Positions 39,266 through 48,626 of a stretch of DNA of 64,000 nucleotides are shown piece by piece. A program made the position numbers and the translations under genes. The stretch's first letter is position 1. Every line of letters begins with the position of its first letter. The notes under the pieces are model-generated. The model made no database searches, was not told where the DNA came from, and saw only the letters and a list, made by a program, of their open reading frames with translations. The DNA is taken from the sequence record LR756501.1; one strand, written 5' to 3'.

Positions 39266-39832
39266 ATGAAACTAGAAGATAAAATAAAAGAATTAGAAGA
39301 TAAGAAAAAGTCTATAATGACTTCTATTTTAGAAGAAAAACAAGACAAAGAAAAAGTGGGCAATCTTCTCGAAGAAATTATTAGTATAAAATACGCCATA
39401 TCACAATTAAAAGAAGTTGATAGTGTGGAGGAAGAAGATGACGATTATCATCTTAACGTTGACGCCTATGTAGAAAAAACAAAAACAGACGGTGGTCATC
39501 ATACTATGGGATCAACGACTTATGATATTCAAAGAAAACTAGTTACTAAAATACAGATACTTAAAAATAAAACTTCAGCTACAAAATTGATTACAAATGG
39601 TAATATGGCATCCGTTTTACAAGACGTCGCTGGTTATACTTTGAATCCTATAAACATGGGTAGGATTAATCAAGTCGATCCAAGAATACCTTATCCAATG
39701 GGACAGATAGGTGATTTATTAGTATTTGTGGACGCTTTTCAAAGATGGGACGATAATAGGATAGTATTATACATGAATGAAGATGAGGTAGCCACTTTAA
39801 TTGTGAAGGATACACAAGGAGTACTTATATAA
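39266..39832 (+). CDS. Short protein resembling the C-terminal part of a gp23-type capsid protein
   Basis: RKLVTKI..LITNGNMASVLQD..GY..P..YPMGQIG..VFVDAFQRWDDNRI. Confidence 0.5.
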   Translation: MKLEDKIKELEDKKKSIMTSILEEKQDKEKVGNLLEEIISIKYAISQLKEVDSVEEEDDDYHLNVDAYVEKTKTDGGHHTMGSTTYDIQRKLVTKIQILKNKTSATKLITNGNMASVLQDVAGYTLNPINMGRINQVDPRIPYPMGQIGDLLVFVDAFQRWDDNRIVLYMNEDEVATLIVKDTQGVLI

Positions 39833-39855
39833 TTTAATATATAGCAATAAAAACA

Positions 39856-39862
39856 AAGGAGG
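39856..39862 (+). promoter_or_regulatory. Strong Shine-Dalgarno AAGGAGG before rpsU
   Basis: 4 nt upstream of ATG 39867. Confidence 0.7.
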
Positions 39863-39866
39863 ATAA

Positions 39867-40067
39867 ATGTTAATAGTAGAATTAAAAAATGGTCTAACAA
39901 TAGACAGAGCACTTAAAATACTTAAAGGTAAAGTAGCTAAAACTAAAATGGTCAAGCAGTTAAGAGATAGGCAAGCTTATGTTAAACCATCTGTGGCTAG
40001 AAGAGCCGAAATACAAAAAGCGATTTATATACAAGGATTAAGAAAAGAAGAGGAAGATGATAAATAA
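39867..40067 (+). CDS. rpsU: Ribosomal protein bS21
   Basis: IDRALKILKGKV..TKMVKQLRDRQAYVKPSVARR. Confidence 0.85.
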   Translation: MLIVELKNGLTIDRALKILKGKVAKTKMVKQLRDRQAYVKPSVARRAEIQKAIYIQGLRKEEEDDK

Positions 40068-40263
40068 ATTAAAATATAAAATTACTTATAGATGTCCTAC
40101 TCCTCATACACCTGAGGCTGATAGTGAAGAAATTTTCATTGATGCTTATAACGATAAAAGAGCAGTAGATAAATTTTATTCAATGTTCAAAGGTAGAACA
40201 TTTGTATTTGAAAAAGTAGAAGAAGTAATAGAAGAAAAAACATATAAAGTAGATGCCAAATAA
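40057..40263 (+). CDS. Hypothetical protein
   Basis: In-operon ORF. Confidence 0.6.
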   Translation: MINKLKYKITYRCPTPHTPEADSEEIFIDAYNDKRAVDKFYSMFKGRTFVFEKVEEVIEEKTYKVDAK

Positions 40264-41338
40264 AGTAGATCAACAACACAAAGAATTAATTAGAAAAATC
40301 CTGAGATACGGTTCAACTAAAAAAGATAGAACAGGAGTTGGAACTAAATCTATTTTCGCTCACCAACTGGTGTACGACATGGAAGACGGATTCCCTTTAC
40401 TCACATTGAGAAAAATTCATACTAAATCGTTCATACACGAAATGTTATGGTTCTTAGGAGCTTATGATATGGTAAAATACGGTCCTTTTGGAAATACTAA
40501 TATAAGATATTTATTGGATAACGGTGTAACCTTTTGGAGTGAATGGCCTTATTACTCTTATCTTAGAGCAAGAGAGTTTCGTCCAGAATTACCAGATATG
40601 AATATAAAAGAATTCGAATCTAAAATTATTATAGATGACGATTTTGCTAAAGAATTTGGATCAATAGGACCAGGTTACGGTAAACAATGGATGAGTTACG
40701 GTAGTCATATCGAAAAGAAACAACTACCAGGTTCTTATCCCATAACATTCGAAACTATAATTCATCCAGGTGTTAATCAAATAGATAACGTAATTGAATT
40801 ATTAAAGAAAGATCCAGATTCACGACGTATGATTGTAGACGCTTGGAAAGTAGATGAGATAGATGATATGTTATTACCACCTTGCCATTATACTTTCCAA
40901 TTATATTCAAAGAAAATGAAAAGTGAACATAGATTACACGCTTATTCAAGCTGGATAAGTAAAAACAAACTTCCTTTCGGAAGACCTATGGAAGAATTTA
41001 ATTTTCCCGATAGGAAGTTATCTATGATGTTAACCATCAGGTCGAACGATTGCTTTTTAGGCAACCCTTTTAATGTAGCCGAATATGCTCTCCTTCTTCA
41101 CATGATAGCACAGGTTGTTAATATGGTTCCAAACAAACTTTTTATTAATATTGGTGATGCTCACTTATATTGTAATTCGATAGACGCAGCTAAGAAATTG
41201 TTAGATCGTTCGAGTTATGATTTACCAACTTTAAGTTTAAATGAAAATATTAAAAATATCTATGATTTCAGATACAGTGATATAAAAATAGAAAATTATA
41301 GAGCACACGATAATATACATGTCGATGTGGCTGTTTAA
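40253..41338 (+). CDS. thyA: Thymidylate synthase
   Basis: DRTGVGT, LPPCH, RSNDxFLGxPFN, GDAHLY. Confidence 0.96.
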   Translation: MPNKVDQQHKELIRKILRYGSTKKDRTGVGTKSIFAHQLVYDMEDGFPLLTLRKIHTKSFIHEMLWFLGAYDMVKYGPFGNTNIRYLLDNGVTFWSEWPYYSYLRAREFRPELPDMNIKEFESKIIIDDDFAKEFGSIGPGYGKQWMSYGSHIEKKQLPGSYPITFETIIHPGVNQIDNVIELLKKDPDSRRMIVDAWKVDEIDDMLLPPCHYTFQLYSKKMKSEHRLHAYSSWISKNKLPFGRPMEEFNFPDRKLSMMLTIRSNDCFLGNPFNVAEYALLLHMIAQVVNMVPNKLFINIGDAHLYCNSIDAAKKLLDRSSYDLPTLSLNENIKNIYDFRYSDIKIENYRAHDNIHVDVAV

Positions 41339-41413
41339 ATAAGATTGAAAGGTTTACCGAAAGGGACTTTTTATTTTTAATAGTATTTGTAAAGTTTATG
41401 TTTTTGTTCCACT

Positions 41414-41444
41414 AAACCATTCTCTTCGCGGGGAATGGTTTTTT
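41414..41444 (+). terminator. Rho-independent terminator after thyA
   Basis: AAACCATTC...GAATGGTTT plus T-run. Confidence 0.65.
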
Positions 41445-41470
41445 GTTTTTATAATTTTATATATAGCACC

Positions 41471-42187
41471 ATGAAAGATTATTGGTCATATATAAAAGAG
41501 GAAGTTGATGATGATTATGTCGCTTACGATTTGCATTATCAACCTGTTCTGACTAAGTTTCAGTTAAAAGTTGGAGATATAATTAAACACCCAGTCTTTG
41601 GTGTTGGAAGAATTATGTCGCAACGAGATGATAAAGAAATTATAAAGGTCAAATTTAATAATCTTCTTAATACAAAAGATTTAAGAGTTGAACAAATTGA
41701 TAATTTGAAAAAATTAAAAAGAAATTTTGACGACAAAGAAGAACAAGAACCTAGAGTAAGATGGTTTAAGGCTGGTAAGTTGGTAAAAGAAAATATGAAT
41801 ATTTATAAAGGTGATGACGGTAAACAATATACTGACGACCCAACATATTACGACACTATTTTACTTCATATTAACGATGGTGGTAATGTAGATCATTATA
41901 ATATAAGAGACATGGTAGAATATCTTAATAAAGAATATAACGGAAGAAGGGTAGAGTTTACTTCTATTGTAAAAGAAAACGGTGCAAAGAAAGGTTTATT
42001 AAAAAATATATTAGTAGAAAGTGTAGAAATAAGAATAGAGAAAAAATTTGGAAGTAAAATTCTACACGGTTTTTATTTCTACGACAAAGAAGGAAACGAA
42101 CATCTTTGTAGTGTTAAAAGTAAAATAAGAAGATTTAAAGAAATCAATCCAATGGACCCCTATGGCGAAGAAGATTGGACAAAATAA
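41471..42187 (+). CDS. CTS-like protein with SH3-like domain, VRWFKAGKL and DPYGEEDW tail
   Basis: MKDYWSYIKEE; LKVGDIIKHP; both recurrent motifs. Confidence 0.75.
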   Translation: MKDYWSYIKEEVDDDYVAYDLHYQPVLTKFQLKVGDIIKHPVFGVGRIMSQRDDKEIIKVKFNNLLNTKDLRVEQIDNLKKLKRNFDDKEEQEPRVRWFKAGKLVKENMNIYKGDDGKQYTDDPTYYDTILLHINDGGNVDHYNIRDMVEYLNKEYNGRRVEFTSIVKENGAKKGLLKNILVESVEIRIEKKFGSKILHGFYFYDKEGNEHLCSVKSKIRRFKEINPMDPYGEEDWTK

Positions 42188-42196
42188 TATATAAAA

Positions 42197-42394
42197 ATGG
42201 AAAATGTTATAAAATTTAGCGATTTTAACGAGGGAGTAGATTATCATACCGAAACCAAAGAAGAAAGACACGTTAAATCTAAAGAATGGTTTATCAAAAA
42301 AATATCCGCTATGGGTGGAGAAGATAAAGATAAATTATCCAAAATGGGATTAGAAGAACTCGGTAGATTATACGCTAAGAAGAAAAAGAAATAA
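42197..42394 (+). CDS. Small CTS-like protein
   Basis: MENVIKFSDFNEG. Confidence 0.65.
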   Translation: MENVIKFSDFNEGVDYHTETKEERHVKSKEWFIKKISAMGGEDKDKLSKMGLEELGRLYAKKKKK

Positions 42395-42396
42395 CT

Positions 42397-42984
42397 ATGG
42401 ACAGACTTTCTACACTATTAGAAAAATCTAACGCTGATGTTCCTATAAAATTATTGAACTATCCAGACGTTCGCCAATCTACTAAAGATAGATGTGGTAT
42501 AGACGCCGTTCAAACTGTTCTTCAATATTACGGTGAAGATTATAGAGAAGATGAACTCCTTAGTAGTCTCAGAAATAAAAACACTTACCTATCAGATAAT
42601 ATGGAAAGTGCTAGAGTTAATAACGTAGTAAATCTTTTCAAAGAAAAAGAATATAAAATTGATTTCAAACAAATGAATATCAACGATATAATAGGTTATT
42701 TAAATAGAGATATTCCTGTTATTTTATTGATACAGGCTTGGGGCGATGTGGATGATTACGAAGAAGAATGGAAGAGTGGACATTACGTAGTGGCTGTTGG
42801 ATATACGAAGAATAAAATATTATTTGAAGATCCAGCCACTTTTCAAATGACTTATTTACCTTTTGATGAATTGATGGTAAGGTGGCACGACGAAGATGAA
42901 GAAAGAAGATATATTAATTTTGGGATGGCTATATATGGTAAACAACCGAAGTTTGATAAAAATAAATGGTTAAAAATTGGTTAA
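42397..42984 (+). CDS. C39-like cysteine peptidase
   Basis: RQSTKDRCG, SGHYVVAVGY, FEDP. Confidence 0.85.
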   Translation: MDRLSTLLEKSNADVPIKLLNYPDVRQSTKDRCGIDAVQTVLQYYGEDYREDELLSSLRNKNTYLSDNMESARVNNVVNLFKEKEYKIDFKQMNINDIIGYLNRDIPVILLIQAWGDVDDYEEEWKSGHYVVAVGYTKNKILFEDPATFQMTYLPFDELMVRWHDEDEERRYINFGMAIYGKQPKFDKNKWLKIG

Positions 42985-43522
42985 GAATTATTCAACATAT
43001 ATAAATGAAGCAAAAGGTGATCAACTTTTCAAACAGGGTGACGTCGCTTATTTTAATGGTGATGATTGGTCATCGAATATAGGACCATGCGAAATTCTTG
43101 TGGCTGGATTTAATACTAAAAAAAAGATGTGGGAATATAGAATTAAAAGGGGGATTAATACTTTTTGGACAGAAGAGGCACACATAAAACATTTGGAAAA
43201 AGAAGATCCAGTTAAAACAAAGGCCGCTGTGAGATGGTATAAAAGTGGTAAACTTAGTGTACCAGTTCCATCAGAAGATGTGCCTGAATATAGTGATTTT
43301 ATAACTAACGATAAATTTAGACAATTTTTATTAGATAACGGAGCTTACACAAAATATATTAATAATGTGAAACAACTTTGTGGTAGATTACCTAATTTTA
43401 TAGAAAAATTTAGTCAAAATGATCAAAGAGAACTTATAAATCACGCTTTTACTTGGGACAGGACACCTGAAGATCAAAACTACTGGAGTGACTTAAATCA
43501 AAAATGGAAAGAAATATACTAA
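42977..43522 (+). CDS. CTS protein with SH3-like domain and VRWYKSGKL motif
   Basis: MVKNYSTYINEA; FKQGDVAY. Confidence 0.75.
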   Translation: MVKNYSTYINEAKGDQLFKQGDVAYFNGDDWSSNIGPCEILVAGFNTKKKMWEYRIKRGINTFWTEEAHIKHLEKEDPVKTKAAVRWYKSGKLSVPVPSEDVPEYSDFITNDKFRQFLLDNGAYTKYINNVKQLCGRLPNFIEKFSQNDQRELINHAFTWDRTPEDQNYWSDLNQKWKEIY

Positions 43523-44593
43523 ATGATAAAGAAATATAATACATATATAAACGAGGGATTTAAAGAAGATAAGCCCAAATTCTTTAATATCAAGGACGTT
43601 TTTGATAAATTTCCTGGTAGTATTTCTATTGCTGAGAAAGAGCTTCAGAATCTTGTAGTAGGTGAATTATGTGTTTGGTATGTAGTAGGATCTAGTTCCC
43701 TTAAAAAACAAGTAGTAAGTGAAGTTGAAATTAAAAAATTTCATCAAGTTTATTTTAACGGTTTTCACGTTAATGCTGATTATAGTGTAGAGATAGAACA
43801 AAAAAGCAAGGATGATAATGCTTTAAGAACAACAATGGATGACGAAATACAAAAATACATTGATATGCTTAAAGCTAGTAGACCACAGAAACACGAAATA
43901 GTAGGTTTTCCAACTGGTGAGGTGTTATATGTTACAAGAGAAGAGATGCAGAAATTATTAGATAGAGGTCTTGTTAGGTACGAAAAGTGGATGAAATGGA
44001 AAGACAATGACTATAAAGACATATATTTCTTTAGAGATCAAGTTTATCACCAGATTAGAAAAATACTAGATGAAAATTATAAGAAACCTGTAAAATCTAA
44101 TGTTAGTGAAAAGGATGAATACGATATTGGCGACGTTGTTGTTTGTACTGGTTCATCTGGAAGATTAGTTCTCGAAGACAGAATAGGTAAAATTGTAGAT
44201 AAAGTTAGAAAACCAAAAGAAAAAGATTATTCTTATCTTGTATCATTTTTAATGAAATTTAGTTTTTATCTATTGGATGGAAATACTTGGTGGATGAAAG
44301 AAAATAATATAAAAGGAATATATACAGGTGATATTCAAACTCAAATACAACTCGCTAAACTACAAGATAAAAGACAACCTCCTCCTGAAGTTGAAAAATT
44401 CATGAGTGACTATATTGAGGAACACGAAATAGATGACGATTATCATTTAAAACAATTGTTTAAATCTGGTGCAAATAAAGTAGTTATAGATCACGGTGAT
44501 GATAACGTAAAAACTTTTAAGCCAAAACCTATGTCTATTCAATCAGATGACGAAGAAGAGGAAGAAGAAGAAATGGATCAACAAAATGATTAA
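43523..44593 (+). CDS. CTS multi-domain protein with acidic tail
   Basis: MIKKYNTYINEG; YDIGDVVVC; DDEEEEEE. Confidence 0.75.
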   Translation: MIKKYNTYINEGFKEDKPKFFNIKDVFDKFPGSISIAEKELQNLVVGELCVWYVVGSSSLKKQVVSEVEIKKFHQVYFNGFHVNADYSVEIEQKSKDDNALRTTMDDEIQKYIDMLKASRPQKHEIVGFPTGEVLYVTREEMQKLLDRGLVRYEKWMKWKDNDYKDIYFFRDQVYHQIRKILDENYKKPVKSNVSEKDEYDIGDVVVCTGSSGRLVLEDRIGKIVDKVRKPKEKDYSYLVSFLMKFSFYLLDGNTWWMKENNIKGIYTGDIQTQIQLAKLQDKRQPPPEVEKFMSDYIEEHEIDDDYHLKQLFKSGANKVVIDHGDDNVKTFKPKPMSIQSDDEEEEEEEMDQQND

Positions 44594-45893
44594 GAAATTT
44601 AAAACATATAACGAAGATTTTTCTTTCGATAAAATTGAAAGTGAAGAGATTGTTATTGATATTAATGACTACGCTGAAGAATACGATAATATCTTCAAAG
44701 ATAGATATAGATGTGTTAAAGCTGTTGGTCCTATTCATCAAGAAGGTGAAATCTTTAACGTTAAAGATTTATTCAAAGATACATTTGGTATGTGGATAAC
44801 AAGTAAATCAAGATATGCTGGTGACGAGACAGAAAAACTTAAAATTATAAAAGGGTTTGATTGTGATATAGAATTTCTACAACTCAAAAAGGGTAATTAT
44901 ATTATGATTTGGCCCGGTAAACAGAAAAGAATAAATGACGCAGATCCAAATTACGAACCTTATCCAGGAGCTAAAAAGAAAGTAAAAATAAAAGGATCTA
45001 GAGATAATTTTTCAGTTAGATTTGCTAAAAGATGGAGTGAGCACGAAAAGATTTTTATTCCAGCCAATAGAGTTGTAATGTATAATTTAGTGGAATATTT
45101 AAGAGATGCTCAAGAAAAATTAATAGGTGGTTATTTCTGGGAAACTTCATCTGGCACTATTGTAAGAGGAACTACCGATAAAAGATACACTGGTAAAGAA
45201 GAAGAAATAGTCATTACAAGACCTAGATACATATACACAAACGGTGATCATTTAATATTAAAGAGTCAAAAAATAGGAGGAACAGTTTGGGACAGAGAAA
45301 AAGAAACCTATTTAGATATAACTAAACCAATATACGGTAAAATGGTACATTGGATTGATCCCGAGTTAGATCCATATGGTGAAGAGGAATGGGAAGATGA
45401 AGTGAGAGAACAACTGAGTTTTGATGATGACGATACCACAAGGTATTCAAGTGAAGAATACACACCGCCTAAACCACAACTTGTTTTAGACAAAACACTT
45501 AATTTTAGTGACTTCCTCAGATTTGATCTTCTTGGTCTTAAAAAGTTGAATCTTGTTAGAGATTTTATGTTAGAACAAATAGCTATCATAAAACAGGGAC
45601 ATAATAACGCTAGAACAAAAGGTAGAGTCTTTAATATCAAATCTGTTAAAATAGACGGTGATCAATATTACGAAATTAAAATGATGACCAAACAAGGTGA
45701 AAAATCTATTATCATTGGAGATGGAGATAAATTCAAAGTTAAAACACCTAAACAAATTAAAACTAAATTTGATCCTTACGGTGAAGAAGACTGGGAATTA
45801 CTTGAAGACGAACCAGTAATGGCAAAGAAAAAGAAAAACAAAGTAGCGAAAGATATACTTAACAGATTCATGTATGAAAAATCAACCCATTAA
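44586..45893 (+). CDS. CTS protein with two DPYGEExW motifs
   Basis: MIKKFKTYNED; DPYGEEEW, DPYGEEDW. Confidence 0.75.
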   Translation: MIKKFKTYNEDFSFDKIESEEIVIDINDYAEEYDNIFKDRYRCVKAVGPIHQEGEIFNVKDLFKDTFGMWITSKSRYAGDETEKLKIIKGFDCDIEFLQLKKGNYIMIWPGKQKRINDADPNYEPYPGAKKKVKIKGSRDNFSVRFAKRWSEHEKIFIPANRVVMYNLVEYLRDAQEKLIGGYFWETSSGTIVRGTTDKRYTGKEEEIVITRPRYIYTNGDHLILKSQKIGGTVWDREKETYLDITKPIYGKMVHWIDPELDPYGEEEWEDEVREQLSFDDDDTTRYSSEEYTPPKPQLVLDKTLNFSDFLRFDLLGLKKLNLVRDFMLEQIAIIKQGHNNARTKGRVFNIKSVKIDGDQYYEIKMMTKQGEKSIIIGDGDKFKVKTPKQIKTKFDPYGEEDWELLEDEPVMAKKKKNKVAKDILNRFMYEKSTH

Positions 45894-46698
45894 AATAAAC
45901 GGAAGAGAACTCAAACCTTATATTTGGAATCTATACAACGGTCACAAAACTAATGATATAGATTACTATTATAGTAGAATGATGGAATCCGGTCTCAAAA
46001 CAGAAGAACTAGGGAAAATTGGTGAACTTCCTATATTTCTTGTTCAAAACGATCACGTTATAGGACAACCTAATATTCTTATAATGGGAGGTGTTCACGG
46101 TGAAGAATCTGCTGGTAGTTGGGGGATATTAAATACAATGATGAAATTGAAATTGATGAAAATTCACGCCAACGTTTCTTTTATTCCAATTATGAACCCT
46201 TACGGTTTTAGTAAAGGTATAAGATTTAACGAACAATTAAAATCTGTTAACTCTGGTTATTTTAGAACTAAATCTGGCAAACCAGAACTAACAGAAGAAG
46301 GTAAAATTTTAAATAAAAACTTTGTTAGATTAACAGAATTGGCAAGAAACGGATTCCTTTCTTGCCACGAAGATACTGATGAAAATCATTTCTTTATTTA
46401 CGAAATTATACACGACGCTAAACCAGATTTCTTTTGCACAGAACTTCAAAATATAGGAGTTAAATATTTTGGTAAACGACCAGACGGTCCTTCTTACCAA
46501 GGAACAACAAAAGACGGTGTCGTTATGAACGAAAAAGACGGAACAATAGACGATTATTTATTCACAATAGGTGGTATTCATAGAGCTATTACAACAGAAA
46601 CACCTGGACACGAAGATATAAACAAAAGAGTCTTTGTTTACGAACAATTAATAACTAAATTTATAGAATTAAATAACGCTGGAAATTTTTGGAGATAA
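45874..46698 (+). CDS. M14 carboxypeptidase / succinylglutamate desuccinylase-like enzyme
   Basis: GGVHGEESAG, PIMNPYGF, SCHED, TETP. Confidence 0.8.
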   Translation: MKNQPIKINGRELKPYIWNLYNGHKTNDIDYYYSRMMESGLKTEELGKIGELPIFLVQNDHVIGQPNILIMGGVHGEESAGSWGILNTMMKLKLMKIHANVSFIPIMNPYGFSKGIRFNEQLKSVNSGYFRTKSGKPELTEEGKILNKNFVRLTELARNGFLSCHEDTDENHFFIYEIIHDAKPDFFCTELQNIGVKYFGKRPDGPSYQGTTKDGVVMNEKDGTIDDYLFTIGGIHRAITTETPGHEDINKRVFVYEQLITKFIELNNAGNFWR

Positions 46699-47040
46699 TT
46701 AATTTAAACTCTTTCTATATCTTTTTTCTTGATTCATTATACCAACATTCACTAAATCAACTAGTTCCTCTCCCCTTTTCTTTTTATCTTTAATTTCTTC
46801 TTTATATTCGTCTGGTTCTAGTCTATCTTTAACAAGGGTCATGTATTCGAAATCAGATATTTTACTTATATCGTTAGTATGGCAAAACTTACAGTTAGTG
46901 GCTTCATCATTGAATGTTTTAAACAAAGCATTACACTTATTACATTTGTAATAGGCTGTAAGATCTTCCTTTGAAGTAACTAGTGGAGCTGCTCCAATTT
47001 GCTCGGCTTCGAATGTTTTAAAGTCCATTAAATTTCTCAT
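46699..47040 (-). CDS. Zn-ribbon protein with CTS-like start
   Basis: MRNLMDFKTFEAE; CNKC..CKFC. Confidence 0.65.
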   Translation of the reverse strand: MRNLMDFKTFEAEQIGAAPLVTSKEDLTAYYKCNKCNALFKTFNDEATNCKFCHTNDISKISDFEYMTLVKDRLEPDEYKEEIKDKKKRGEELVDLVNVGIMNQEKRYRKSLN

Positions 47041-47084
47041 TTAAACGATATATTTTTAACTATATATCGTTTTTTGAAAATGAA

Positions 47085-47267
47085 TTATTTAGACTCGAGT
47101 ATCAATTTGAGGTCGTTGACGATCTTTTCATATTTTCTTTCTTGGTCTCTGTGATTGGCAGCGTCTTCCCATTTTTGATTTTGTACAGCTTTCCATTTCA
47201 AACTCCTAGATTCATTCATCAAGAACCTAGCGTTCTCGAGTTTTTTAATCATTTCTAAATCTTCCAT
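47085..47267 (-). CDS. UvrB/UvrC-motif (UVR) small protein
   Basis: KWKAVQNQKWEDAANHRDQE. Confidence 0.6.
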   Translation of the reverse strand: MEDLEMIKKLENARFLMNESRSLKWKAVQNQKWEDAANHRDQERKYEKIVNDLKLILESK

Positions 47268-47282
47268 AATTCCCTTTTATTT

Positions 47283-47702
47283 TTATATATTATTAAAGAC
47301 GTCGTCTGATAAAGGGAAACTAACAAATCCGTTAGTTAATTTAGGATCAATAGGTTTACCTTCTTCAAATTGTTTATTAATAGTTTCGTGTCTATCAATC
47401 ATTTCTTGAACAGTTTCTTCTTCAAAAAGTGGAAGGAATCTTTTAATTTCTTCTTCAACCTCATCGAGTTCTTCTTTTGTCCAATCATGTGGTTGAACCC
47501 ACTCAATGTTTAAATCGTAAACAGAATGTTCGTCACCAAGATTAAGATGGAAACATTGTCCAAGATTTAAATGATCTTTATCAATCATATCCAATGGGAG
47601 GTCCATTGTATATTTTAAACCGTAATCTTCTTTCTGTAATCTAACAGTAACCAGATCAAGTTTTTCTTCAATACTTTCAATAAAACCAAAATATCTATCC
47701 AT
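47283..47702 (-). CDS. Hypothetical protein
   Basis: In-operon ORF. Confidence 0.65.
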   Translation of the reverse strand: MDRYFGFIESIEEKLDLVTVRLQKEDYGLKYTMDLPLDMIDKDHLNLGQCFHLNLGDEHSVYDLNIEWVQPHDWTKEELDEVEEEIKRFLPLFEEETVQEMIDRHETINKQFEEGKPIDPKLTNGFVSFPLSDDVFNNI

Positions 47703-48240
47703 TTCTTTGCCTTTCTATATATTCAATTATTTGTACTATTGATAATGGTTCGTAACCAACGTTGTCTACTCCAACATCAATAACACCAGGAGCGTGAACG
47801 TATTCACCATGATGTTCGTAAATTCCGTGAACGTGTCCGTGAAGACAGATTATATCAGAACCTTTTGATGGGTAGTGTGGATAATGACTCATAGAAAAAT
47901 TGTAAGTCTTACCGTTGTGAACGTAAGACATTTCGTGTGAGTAATCCCACCATTGAATTAATCCAGAGTTTTTGTAGTTGTTAAGCATGTATGTTCTATC
48001 ATGATTACCTTTAATCATGTATTTAATACCGTTTAGTTTACATAAAAGATTCCTAGCGAATCTCTTAGACATAGTAAGACTAAAATCACCAAGATAGTAA
48101 ACCTCGTCTTCGGGTTTAATAACTTTGTTCCAGGATTCTGTCATGTGTTTGTTCATAGAATGAACATCACCAAATTGTCTGTTGCAGAATTCAATAATAT
48201 TGCGATGTCCAAAATGGGCATCTGATGTAACGTAAATCAT
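47695..48240 (-). CDS. Calcineurin-like metallophosphoesterase
   Basis: SDAHFGH, GDF, GNHD, HGHVH, DVGVD. Confidence 0.92.
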   Translation of the reverse strand: MIYVTSDAHFGHRNIIEFCNRQFGDVHSMNKHMTESWNKVIKPEDEVYYLGDFSLTMSKRFARNLLCKLNGIKYMIKGNHDRTYMLNNYKNSGLIQWWDYSHEMSYVHNGKTYNFSMSHYPHYPSKGSDIICLHGHVHGIYEHHGEYVHAPGVIDVGVDNVGYEPLSIVQIIEYIERQRNG

Positions 48241-48244
48241 GACG

Positions 48245-48252
48245 CAAATATA
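48245..48252 (-). promoter_or_regulatory. Bacteroidota-type -7 element TATATTTG (near-leaderless transcript)
   Basis: Ends 4 nt before ATG 48240. Confidence 0.6.
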
Positions 48253-48305
48253 ATAATTTTTTTGAAATATAAAAAATTATATATAGTAAAAAAGAATCAG
48301 TCAAT

Positions 48306-48626
48306 ATGGCACACGTTAAAAGATTTAAAGAAGTAAACGAAAATTTTTATTTTAGTGACTGGGTTGATATGGATCTATTACAATCAGTTATAGACCACAT
48401 GAAACCTAATAAAGAATTATCTGGTGACGAATTCAAACAATCCCTTAGAGGATTTAATAACGAATACGAAGTTACCGTACAGAAAAGATTACCAGCAACA
48501 TTTGGTAAACAAGTGGCTGTTTGGATAGATCTATATCTAGTTCAAGATGTTATAGATAGAATGAATCCAGTTTTATGTAAACAATCAGATGAATATAAAG
48601 CAGAATTAAAAAACTTCTTAAAATAA
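48306..48626 (+). CDS. CTS-like small protein with internal repeat
   Basis: MAHVKRFKEVNE; WVDMDLLQSVIDHM / WIDLYLVQDVIDRM. Confidence 0.65.
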   Translation: MAHVKRFKEVNENFYFSDWVDMDLLQSVIDHMKPNKELSGDEFKQSLRGFNNEYEVTVQKRLPATFGKQVAVWIDLYLVQDVIDRMNPVLCKQSDEYKAELKNFLK

